Source of the DNA: Dubosiella newyorkensis
GTDB taxonomy: Bacteria; Bacillota_I; Bacilli_A; Erysipelotrichales; Erysipelotrichaceae
Length of the DNA: 32,000 nucleotides
Assembly: GCF_001945605.1 (NCBI RefSeq)
Contig: NZ_MPKA01000053.1
Coordinates: 1-32,000 of the forward strand
Direction: 5' to 3'
Of the stretch, positions 16,786 to 24,146 are shown one piece after another (position 1 is the stretch's first letter; the number at the start of each line of letters is the position of its first letter). The position numbers and the translations under genes were made by a program. Under the pieces are notes generated by a model. That model was given only the letters and a program-made list of their open reading frames with translations, had not been told where the DNA came from and searched no databases.

Positions 16786-16826
16786 TAAAAAAAGAACTAG
16801 CACAGGATCGCTCCTATGTTAGTTCT
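16786..16826 (-). terminator. Intrinsic terminator downstream of the bile-salt hydrolase gene.
   Basis: AGAACTA (16793-16799) pairs with TAGTTCT (16820-16826), with an inner AGGA/TCCT stem, followed on the minus strand by T7 (plus-strand A-run 16786-16792). Confidence 0.6.
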
Positions 16827-16839
16827 ATCTCGTTTTTAC

Positions 16840-17823
16840 TTAGTTTTGGATATTGACGTTTAAATCACGAAGAACTGGATAAGAGATCAAAGAAGAACCT
16901 TCCAGGTTTTCTTTTTTCATATCCACCGCGTTGATGTTTTGGTTGTAATACGTCGTGTAATAGAAGATTCCCGAATCCGTATCTCCAACACTTGTATATT
17001 GAGTGATCTCGTATTCGCCTGGATGTATTTCGGCTTCCCCATTGACCTGCTGCACATTCGTAAGGATATGGAAATATTCACCTACATTTTTTTCAATACT
17101 GTTTGGATCACAGAATGAATTCAGACGTGTAAAGGCGGCACGAACAAACCGGCTTACTGAATCGACTCCGCCAGGAAGACCGGTCGATCCCATGCCTCTG
17201 GAATAAAGATCGATGTCTTTGGCATCTTTCGCGAAGCGTGGGGTAATGATCTGTCCTGTCAATTGAGAATAGATCGAGATGTTTTTGCATTGCCAATCAA
17301 AATCTGGGCAGTTTGTCAAAACATCGTATGGATCATCATAAACACGGAAACCTTTTTCTTTGGTTTGTTCAACAACGATACTTTCGTTTTTATCGCCAAT
17401 CAGAAAATGAAGCGGTGAATTCGGTTGTTCTGCCGAGAAATGAACATCGCAAAGATTGACATTTTCTAGAAGCTTCCGAGCTTCTTCCACTGTAGAAGCT
17501 TGTCCTAAAATATATGGGATGAACTCGAAAGGCGCGATATTTTTCTTTCCTTCTTGAACAGGCGCATAATAGGCCAATCCCGCAAAGGCAGTACCAGCCA
17601 TTCCTAAACCGGCGTCGTTGATCGCTTCAAAATACAATGGATAATCGTTTTGGATCAATCCCATCCCGATCAAGGCATGATGATTTTTGATCTCGCTTCC
17701 ATCCTTCATTTTGAATACATAATTATGGGGTGTGATGACCACATCAACTGGATAATTGATTTCTAAATCAAGGTTCCGGCCAAATAAATGGCAGCCATTT
17801 GTATAGTTAACAGCAGTACACAT
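16840..17823 (-). CDS. bsh: Choloylglycine (bile-salt) hydrolase, Ntn-hydrolase, linear amide C-N hydrolase family.
   Basis: The N-terminal MCTAV places the nucleophile Cys at position 2. FGRNLDLE and the overall length (327 aa) are typical of BSH/penicillin V acylase family enzymes. Confidence 0.85.
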   Translation of the reverse strand: MCTAVNYTNGCHLFGRNLDLEINYPVDVVITPHNYVFKMKDGSEIKNHHALIGMGLIQNDYPLYFEAINDAGLGMAGTAFAGLAYYAPVQEGKKNIAPFEFIPYILGQASTVEEARKLLENVNLCDVHFSAEQPNSPLHFLIGDKNESIVVEQTKEKGFRVYDDPYDVLTNCPDFDWQCKNISIYSQLTGQIITPRFAKDAKDIDLYSRGMGSTGLPGGVDSVSRFVRAAFTRLNSFCDPNSIEKNVGEYFHILTNVQQVNGEAEIHPGEYEITQYTSVGDTDSGIFYYTTYYNQNINAVDMKKENLEGSSLISYPVLRDLNVNIQN

Positions 17824-17868
17824 ATTGATTCCTCTTTTCTATAGCTTTATCATACAAAGTTGGCCCAA

Positions 17869-17904
17869 TAAAAAACATTGATATGCTTGAGATATATCAA
17901 TGTT
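17869..17904 (-). terminator. Intrinsic terminator overlapping the MerR stop codon.
   Basis: AACATTGATAT (17874-17884) pairs with ATATCAATGTT (17894-17904), followed on the minus strand by TTTTTTATT. Confidence 0.7.
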
Positions 17905-18262
17905 CGTTTTTCTGTAACTTTTTCTTGTAGTAGTCGATCTTATGATCCAAACGACCTAGCATTTGATCCATTTGAATTCTCTCTTGGATCAAGATCTCCC
18001 TTTGCTCCTGCAATAGATCCAATCTTTTGGCTAACGTAGTGTCTCCTTCTTTGGACAAGTTGACAAATTCCACGATCGCCTGGATCGGAAGTCCCGTTTT
18101 ACGCATGCACAAGACAAGCTCGACCCAACCCAGATCCGTTTCATTATAATCTCGGATCCCGCTAGATGTCCTATGAACAGGAGGAATCATTCCTACTTTT
18201 TCATAATAACGAAGGGTATCCTCTTTGATGTTGAACTTTTCGCTAACTTCTTTGATTTGCAC
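17897..18262 (-). CDS. MerR-family transcriptional regulator (121 aa).
   Basis: N-terminal HTH IKEVSEKFNIKEDTLRYYEKVGMI..R..SGIRDY followed by a coiled-coil dimerisation helix. GTG start with an AGGAG RBS. Confidence 0.88.
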   Translation of the reverse strand: MQIKEVSEKFNIKEDTLRYYEKVGMIPPVHRTSSGIRDYNETDLGWVELVLCMRKTGLPIQAIVEFVNLSKEGDTTLAKRLDLLQEQREILIQERIQMDQMLGRLDHKIDYYKKKLQKNEH

Positions 18263-18282
18263 TTTTTTCTCCTTTAATAAAA

Positions 18283-18313
18283 AGTATACGTCTTAGAGTT
18301 AAGTCAAAGTCAA
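18283..18313 (-). promoter_or_regulatory. MerR-type promoter with a 19-bp spacer (TTGACT-N19-TATACT).
   Basis: -35 at 18313-18308 and -10 at 18288-18283 (minus strand). The spacer contains a second TTGACT and an imperfect dyad (CTTA-ACTC-TAAG). Confidence 0.5.
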
Positions 18314-18319
18314 CAAGAA

Positions 18320-19207
18320 TTACGGTAGCGGACGACAAGTTTTTTCAACGAACTCTTTGCTTAGAACTTTTGGGCCCGAAACCTTGAAGTAGATCGTATA
18401 CGATTTTGAATCTTTTTTCACGACCTCGCCTTTGCCGATCGTAGGATGAACGATCCATTCGCCGATCGCGAACGCTTTTTTCTTTTCCGTTTTTGGGAGC
18501 ACAAGCGAAAGCGAAGTATCTTCTACTTTCGTTTGTTTTTGATCTTCTACCTTCAAGATCGGCGAATAATACATCGCATCGACTAGATCAGAAAATGAAT
18601 GAATATTTTTCAATACGCCCGCCTGGGCCATCGATACATATATACAGCAGGCAAGAGCTTGATTTCCTCCTTTGGGTTCTTCCGCACATTCGATATCCGT
18701 AAACGCGTTGAACTCCAGCAGCTTTTGTGCCAATAAAGGATGTTCTTTGATCGCTCTAAAATAAAGCCATGTGTAGAAGGCGGTATCCGGATTGGCTGGG
18801 TATTGCTTGTTTTCAAGGTTAAAATGGACGACTTTTCCGACTTTTTGTTTTCGAGGATCCCGCTTGGCTTCTAAAGCCGATGCGCCGAGCAAATCATAAA
18901 AGGGGCCTCCATGTTCATAAACTTTGGATGCTTGGTAAATATTCTCGATGGAAAAGGCCTTCTGCAAAAAAGGAAGGCGAAGCGTTAAATTGAATGGCGA
19001 AAGCGCGATCCCGACTTCTTGATCGGATTTGGTCGAGATTTCCAGAACTTTCATCGTGGGGTATCGTTTTAAAAACGCGGCATGGAGCGCTTCCACATTC
19101 TTTTTCTTTTGACTGGCGGATTGGCCAGGAAAAAACTCAAATTCGATTTTTGCTTTTTTATAATAAGGTCTTTGAGGCGTGACCATAAATACGATTCTTG
19201 TTGTCAT
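18320..19207 (-). CDS. Uncharacterised protein: unrecognised ~215-aa N-terminal domain plus a C-terminal PcrA/UvrD-like Tudor-type motif.
   Basis: 295-aa ORF. The C-terminus FAIGEWIVHPTIGKGEVVKKDSKSYTIYFKVSGPKVLSKEF fits the G-x-V-x-H-x-x-fG-x-G-x-V ... F ... G-x-K-x-L pattern of helicase C-terminal Tudor domains. I cannot assign the N-terminal region to a family. Confidence 0.6.
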   Translation of the reverse strand: MTTRIVFMVTPQRPYYKKAKIEFEFFPGQSASQKKKNVEALHAAFLKRYPTMKVLEISTKSDQEVGIALSPFNLTLRLPFLQKAFSIENIYQASKVYEHGGPFYDLLGASALEAKRDPRKQKVGKVVHFNLENKQYPANPDTAFYTWLYFRAIKEHPLLAQKLLEFNAFTDIECAEEPKGGNQALACCIYVSMAQAGVLKNIHSFSDLVDAMYYSPILKVEDQKQTKVEDTSLSLVLPKTEKKKAFAIGEWIVHPTIGKGEVVKKDSKSYTIYFKVSGPKVLSKEFVEKTCRPLP

Positions 19208-19306
19208 ACCTTTATTTTAGAAGAATTCTTAATAAAAGAGCGTTGAATTGCTTCTTTCCAAAGAAAAAAAACTTTCGTACAATAATAGCGTTTATGGAGG
19301 GATACT

Positions 19307-20683
19307 ATGAGTGAAAATCAAAATACGATGGATATGACATCGGGTCCATGTGCCAAACAGATCTTACTTTTTGGAACTCCGCTTTTAGCTGGAAACCTTT
19401 TACAACAGCTTTACAATTTTGTAGATACGATCGTCGTCGGAAGAGGGATCGGCGTCGATGCTTTAGCCGCTGTCGGTTTGACGGGTTCTTTGAATTTCTT
19501 AGTGCTTGGATTCGTGATCGGTCTTTCTCAAGGCGTATCGATTCTCGTTTCGCAATACTTTGGAGCGCGAGATCCACAATCGATCCGTCGATCGATCACA
19601 ATGTCTTTTTTTCTTTGTTTTGGATTTTCGATCATAATTACTTTTTTAGCTTTTTTCGGGACCGAATGGCTGTTGCGCTGGATCCAGACGCCGGAAGATC
19701 TAATGGCCAACGCCAAGCTTTACATCCAGATCATCTTCGCTTGTATGAGTGTTTCGATGTGTTATAACTTTTATTCTGGCATCTTGCGCGCTTTTGGCGA
19801 TTCTAAAAATCCATTGATCGCGATGATCCTCTCCTTTTTCTTGAACACGATCCTCGATATCGTGCTTGTCATCCCTTGTAAAATGGGAGTCGCTGGCGCG
19901 GCGATCGCGACCGTGGTCGCCCAGTTATTTTCTGCGATCTATTGTTTTACGTTCGTTCAAAGAATCCAAGAAGCCAAAATCAAAAAAGAAGATTGGAAAT
20001 GGAATCCTTACTTATTTTTTCGTTCATTAAAGTTGTCCATTCCTGTTGCAATCATGAATTCGATCACTGCTGTAGGGGTCATGGTGCTTCAAAGCGCGAT
20101 CAATCAATTTGGTTCGATCTATATTGCGGGCTACACGGCTGCAAGCAAAGTGATCATCCTTCTTGAGCAGATCCCGAGCACGTATGGGTTTGCGACAGGC
20201 ACATTTGTTGGACAAAATCTAGGGGCCAACCATTTAGGTCGGATCAAAAAAGGGGTCAAATCGATGAATATCGCGATGGCGTTGATGTGTCTTGCCTGTT
20301 GTGTCTTGATCTTCTTATTTGGAGAGTTCTTAATGAAAGTCATGATTGGGGGAAACGAGCATGAAACGATGCTCATTGGTTTTCATTGCTTGAAGATCTT
20401 ATCCCTATTCCTAGTAGGTCTAGGGTGGCTATGGATCTTCCGTTGCGCGCTGCAAAGTATGGGCGATACGTTTTGGCCTATGATTTCGGGAATCGTGGAA
20501 TTGGTTGCCCGGATCGGCATGGTCGCCCTACTTCCTGTGTTTCTTTCCTTTGATGGGATCTTGTTGGCGGAAGTTTCGGCTTGGGTAGCGGCCGCCTGTA
20601 TGTTGGCGATCGTCTATTGGATCACGATCCGCAAGCTCGATCAATCGCATTTGCTCATGGAGCGCCTGCCTTTGGAAGTCTAA
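19307..20683 (+). CDS. MATE-family efflux transporter.
   Basis: About 12 TM segments. The N-terminus ...ILLFGTPLLAGNLLQQLYNFVDTIVVGRGIG..ALAAVG is typical of MATE (NorM/DinF-like). RBS is GGAGGG. Confidence 0.88.
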   Translation: MSENQNTMDMTSGPCAKQILLFGTPLLAGNLLQQLYNFVDTIVVGRGIGVDALAAVGLTGSLNFLVLGFVIGLSQGVSILVSQYFGARDPQSIRRSITMSFFLCFGFSIIITFLAFFGTEWLLRWIQTPEDLMANAKLYIQIIFACMSVSMCYNFYSGILRAFGDSKNPLIAMILSFFLNTILDIVLVIPCKMGVAGAAIATVVAQLFSAIYCFTFVQRIQEAKIKKEDWKWNPYLFFRSLKLSIPVAIMNSITAVGVMVLQSAINQFGSIYIAGYTAASKVIILLEQIPSTYGFATGTFVGQNLGANHLGRIKKGVKSMNIAMALMCLACCVLIFLFGEFLMKVMIGGNEHETMLIGFHCLKILSLFLVGLGWLWIFRCALQSMGDTFWPMISGIVELVARIGMVALLPVFLSFDGILLAEVSAWVAAACMLAIVYWITIRKLDQSHLLMERLPLEV

Positions 20684-20711
20684 CAAAAAAAGAGAAAACC
20701 AAAGTCTTCTC

Positions 20712-20786
20712 TTATTTCCATAATTTTGAAAAGATCGAAACGAAGGATTCGATCTTTTCTTTTCGCTTGACGATCGTTTTTCGCAT
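20712..20786 (-). CDS. Possible small ORF, 24 aa (MRKTIVKRKEKIESFVSIFSKLWK).
   Basis: AAGGAG (rc of 20793-20798), a 6-nt spacer and ATG at 20786. It overlaps the bidirectional terminator hairpin and I have no homology evidence. Confidence 0.2.
   Translation of the reverse strand: MRKTIVKRKEKIESFVSIFSKLWK
20728..20763. terminator. Bidirectional intrinsic terminator (MATE gene and pfk converge).
   Basis: AAGATCGAA (20731-20739) pairs with TTCGATCTT (20748-20756) around an 8-nt loop, with A/T runs on both sides. Confidence 0.75.
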
Positions 20787-20850
20787 AGTCTTCTCCTTCG
20801 GTTAGATATAACTAACTTAAGTATATCGAATCAAAACGATCTGTCAAGTT

Positions 20851-21939
20851 CTATTCTTGTTCATCTCCAAAGCTGATTCCAAGCATACGCGCTTGTTCGA
20901 TGATCGAAGCGTCTGGTTGGACGAGTTTTAATTTACCAGCGACTTCTTTCAAAGGAACTTTGATGATTTCTCGATTTTTATATGCCACCATATAGCCATA
21001 TTTTCCATCACAGATCAATTTTCCGGCTTCGCTGCCCAATCGGCTTGCAAAGACACGGTCATATGCATCAGGCGCTCCTCCACGTTGAGTATGGCCAGGA
21101 ACCGTCACGCGGACTTCGCGGCCTGTCAGTTCTTCGATCTCTGCTGCTAATTTATACGACACGGATGGATACATATATTGGCTCAATCGTTCTTTATATT
21201 CTTTTTTGCTTAATTTCCGATCTTCTTTCGACATCGCTCCTTCTGCGACGACAATGATCATAAAATGGCCATCGTTGCTCGTCTTTTTGTTTTCAACCAC
21301 TTTAACGACTTGATTAAGATCATAAGGAATCTCCGGAAGCAAGATAATATCGGCTCCTCCCGCGATCCCTGCATTCAGTGGAAGCCATCCTGTTTTGTGC
21401 CCCATCAATTCGACGATGAACACGCGACCATGGCTTGAAGCGGTAGTATGAATTTCATCGATGCAGCGTGTCGCGATGTCCACAGCCGATTGAAATCCAA
21501 AAGTCATATCGGTTCCCCATAAATCATTGTCGATCGTTTTTGGCATCGCGATCACATTCAATCCTTCTTCCGAAAGACGATTGGCTGTCTTGATCGAGCC
21601 ATTTCCTCCAAGTACGACGAGGCAATCGAGCTCTAAAACTTTATAGGTTTTTTTCATGAGCTTGACTTTATCATTACCTTTCTCGTCTGGTTTGTCTAGG
21701 TCCTTAAACGGAGTGCGGCTTGTTCCTAAGATCGTTCCACCGACCGTTAAAATGCTCGCGAAATCATCGCCTCGAAGCATTTTAAAATTGTTGTACATCA
21801 ATCCTTTGTAGCCATCGATAAAGCCATAGATCTCTACAGGTTCTTTGGCGTTGTGTTTTACGGATTTATAGATCGCGCGCATCGTTGCGTTCAGTGCTTG
21901 GCAATCCCCTCCGCTTGTTAACATTCCTACTCTAAGCAT
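20851..21939 (-). CDS. pfkA: 6-phosphofructokinase (PFK-A family); phosphoryl-donor specificity uncertain.
   Basis: MLTSGGDCQALNA, VVLGGNGS, MPKTIDNDL, ELMGH and GHTQRGG align to the E. coli PfkA motifs. Confidence 0.88.
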   Translation of the reverse strand: MLRVGMLTSGGDCQALNATMRAIYKSVKHNAKEPVEIYGFIDGYKGLMYNNFKMLRGDDFASILTVGGTILGTSRTPFKDLDKPDEKGNDKVKLMKKTYKVLELDCLVVLGGNGSIKTANRLSEEGLNVIAMPKTIDNDLWGTDMTFGFQSAVDIATRCIDEIHTTASSHGRVFIVELMGHKTGWLPLNAGIAGGADIILLPEIPYDLNQVVKVVENKKTSNDGHFMIIVVAEGAMSKEDRKLSKKEYKERLSQYMYPSVSYKLAAEIEELTGREVRVTVPGHTQRGGAPDAYDRVFASRLGSEAGKLICDGKYGYMVAYKNREIIKVPLKEVAGKLKLVQPDASIIEQARMLGISFGDEQE

Positions 21940-21981
21940 ATTATTTCTCCTATCATTTGATTTTAATTATACGCTTTCCTT

Positions 21982-22356
21982 CTATAAAGCGTATTTAGAA
22001 ATGCATTGTCCGATCTGCAGGATCTCGTTATCGCCTAAAAACTCAAACTTGACTTTTCCCGCTCCGCTAAAATACATTTCAAGTTCACAGTCGAGATCGA
22101 ACGTTCCAGAAGTCTCGATTGAAAAGACGGAAATCTTTTTATAGGGCATCGATGTATAGTCTTGCTTTTTTCCGGTAATTCCTTGTACATTACAGGCAAT
22201 TACTCTTCGATCTGTAAAGACGACAAAATCCCGAACGCTTTTATAGGCGCCGATGATTTGTTCTCCTTCGATCAAAAGAAGGCGCAGATTTTTTCCGATC
22301 GCGCTTTCATCACATTTTCTGAGCTTCCATAAAGCTCCATTTTCAAAATCGATCAT
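21982..22356 (-). CDS. Bacterial PH-domain (YokE-like) protein.
   Basis: GEQIIGAYKSVRDFVVFTDRRVIACNVQGITGKKQDYTSMPYKKISVFSIET matches the bPH-type pattern. It lies 42 nt upstream of pfk on the same strand. Confidence 0.6.
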   Translation of the reverse strand: MIDFENGALWKLRKCDESAIGKNLRLLLIEGEQIIGAYKSVRDFVVFTDRRVIACNVQGITGKKQDYTSMPYKKISVFSIETSGTFDLDCELEMYFSGAGKVKFEFLGDNEILQIGQCISKYAL

Positions 22357-22384
22357 ATATTTTCCTTTCCTTCTTGTATCTAAT

Positions 22385-22413
22385 TTGACATATTTTCTTT
22401 AGGTTATTTATAT
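22385..22413 (+). promoter_or_regulatory. Promoter of the SemiSWEET gene (TTGACA-N17-TTATAT).
   Basis: A perfect -35 at 22385-22390 and a -10-like hexamer at 22408-22413, about 20 nt before the GAGGTGA RBS. Confidence 0.55.
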
Positions 22414-22433
22414 TTTAAATACGAGGTGAAACT

Positions 22434-22694
22434 ATGAATAAAAATAAACTCTATCATTATGTAGGGACTACCGCTTCTATCATGTCTGTTTTAATGTATG
22501 TATCCTATATCGCGCAGATCCATGCCAACTTGAATGGTCAAAAGGGCAATGTCATACAGCCAGCCGTAGCGTTTGTGAACTGTATCCTTTGGACAATCTA
22601 TGGCTTATGGAGCAAGCCAAAAGATTGGCCGATCATCATCGCGAACGTTCCAGGCATCTTTCTTGCTGCGTTGACTGTAGCGACCGGTCTATGA
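22434..22694 (+). CDS. SemiSWEET (PQ-loop/MtN3-type) small sugar transporter, 3 TM.
   Basis: 86 aa with three hydrophobic helices. SYIAQI sits in the position of the PQ motif. Confidence 0.7.
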   Translation: MNKNKLYHYVGTTASIMSVLMYVSYIAQIHANLNGQKGNVIQPAVAFVNCILWTIYGLWSKPKDWPIIIANVPGIFLAALTVATGL

Positions 22695-23378
22695 TCTAAA
22701 TTGGATCATAGACCCTTCTTGCAAAGAGGGATCTTCCAATAGTGTTTCTATTTGTTGTTTTGTTGTTTGCGAAGGCGCTTTATTGGCTTCAAGTTGGGTT
22801 TCGATCTTTTCTCCAGTTGGACGTTTTGTTTGAATGGTTTCAGATTTCGTGTCAATTTGATACGTCCAAGTCTGTGTGTCTTCGGATTGTATCGTATAAC
22901 GATCGTCTTGTTTTTGAATAGAATACGAAGGATCGAGTGTATATTTTTGTCCATCGTTGATCAGAGCGGGTGCAAATAAGGAAGCGATCGTCTGGGTAAA
23001 CAGTTCTTCTGGCGCTTGTTCGTTTTCGATCAAATCGACCACATACCCATCCTCTACTTGAGTAAAGAGGATCGTTTTTCTTTTTCCATTTTCTTCTTTT
23101 GCGATTTGAAGCGTTGGCGCCGTATATTTGCTGGTATCATTTGTTCCTGAATTTTTCCAGGCTCCATAACTTTTTCCCTCTTTTTTCCATAAATTGATCG
23201 TGGTTTCTTCTTGGTTGGTCGAGTCTGTTATACCGATCTCGATTGAGTTTGTATTGGCTTGCGTATGGATCCAATCCATCAGAGCATTTGCATCCACTTT
23301 TTTAGGGGCAGTGCAGCCGATAAGGCATAAGCCAAGAAGAAGACTTATATATCGTGTTTTTTTTAATAATCGTTTCAT
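22689..23378 (-). CDS. Hypothetical lipoprotein.
   Basis: Signal peptide with lipobox (MKRLLKKTRYISLLLGLCLIGC). The mature part is T/Q/E-rich with no recognisable family. Confidence 0.65.
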   Translation of the reverse strand: MKRLLKKTRYISLLLGLCLIGCTAPKKVDANALMDWIHTQANTNSIEIGITDSTNQEETTINLWKKEGKSYGAWKNSGTNDTSKYTAPTLQIAKEENGKRKTILFTQVEDGYVVDLIENEQAPEELFTQTIASLFAPALINDGQKYTLDPSYSIQKQDDRYTIQSEDTQTWTYQIDTKSETIQTKRPTGEKIETQLEANKAPSQTTKQQIETLLEDPSLQEGSMIQFRS

Positions 23379-23496
23379 GTTCTTCTGATTTTATTTCGAA
23401 TTTCTTATGATTTCTTCGATAGACTAAAGCTATGAAAAAGAAACCGATCCATTTAGAATCCAGTGCGTATTTGAGAGAACTTCTCTCTAAAAAATC

Positions 23497-23527
23497 GGGA
23501 AAAAAACCGACTCACAGAAAGTCGGTT
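23497..23527 (-). terminator. Intrinsic terminator downstream of the ThiD-like gene.
   Basis: AACCGACT (23505-23512) pairs with AGTCGGTT (23520-23527), followed by a T-run on the minus strand. Confidence 0.75.
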
Positions 23528-23534
23528 CCTTCCA

Positions 23535-24032
23535 CTATGCTACGATCTCAGTGAGTGGCTTATTTTCTGTCAATCCTTTCGTGATCTCTTCGCTTGTTAA
23601 ATCTTTATCGAACCAAATGGCTTGATTGCTTGTATAGAGAAGATTTTTAGCGGCAAAGATTCCTTTGGCAAATAAGATGACAGAAGCTCCCGAATGGTCC
23701 GCGATATTCTTGGCTGCCATTTCCATGTCTTGGTCGCTTGTGACCGACATACGGTCTAGCACTTCGGCTTCTGGAATACTTGGGATCACAACTTCGGCCA
23801 TTGGCAAAAGCAAGCCTGTTACGGCTTCGATCAAATGAGAGGAATTCGTAATGCTTTTAAGGTCTACAACAATGTGTTTTACAGAATAGTCGCGAAGAAG
23901 TGTGGCGACTCTTTCTATAAAATCAGCGTCTGGAAATTCTTCGACGATCACGCCTTCGACTGTTCCGCTTTCCAAAGCTTCTTTCACCACACCTTCTGGG
24001 ATCGTATCTGTGATTCGTAAAATGTTACTCAT
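23535..24032 (-). CDS. Truncated or divergent ribokinase-superfamily (ThiD/PdxK-like) protein, 165 aa.
   Basis: LLLPMAEVVIPSIPEAEVLDRMSVTSDQDMEMAAKNIADHSGASVILFAKG resembles the central ThiD segment (LLPLA.vITPNlpEAe.L.g..i.t.eDm..AA..l...GA..VL.KGG). The N-terminal substrate-binding strands and the C-terminal GTGC anion-hole motif are absent. Confidence 0.5.
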   Translation of the reverse strand: MSNILRITDTIPEGVVKEALESGTVEGVIVEEFPDADFIERVATLLRDYSVKHIVVDLKSITNSSHLIEAVTGLLLPMAEVVIPSIPEAEVLDRMSVTSDQDMEMAAKNIADHSGASVILFAKGIFAAKNLLYTSNQAIWFDKDLTSEEITKGLTENKPLTEIVA

Positions 24033-24108
24033 ATTTACTACCTGCTTTCTTTTCTCTTCTAGAATAATTCTTTATTTTATTTTTTTGCGCTCAAATGCCC
24101 GGATAGAT

Positions 24109-24146
24109 AAAAACCATCGAGCTTTGAGTCGATGGTTTCATTTTTT
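24109..24146. terminator. Intrinsic terminator downstream of the MFS gene.
   Basis: AAACCATCGA (24111-24120) pairs with TCGATGGTTT (24129-24138), with A/T runs on both sides. Confidence 0.75.

Noticed and set aside
22689-22694. A 6-nt convergent overlap of the SemiSWEET and lipoprotein stop codons with no terminator between them.
   Set aside because: It is real in the sequence but probably just compact gene packing. I see no evidence for a functional antisense interaction.
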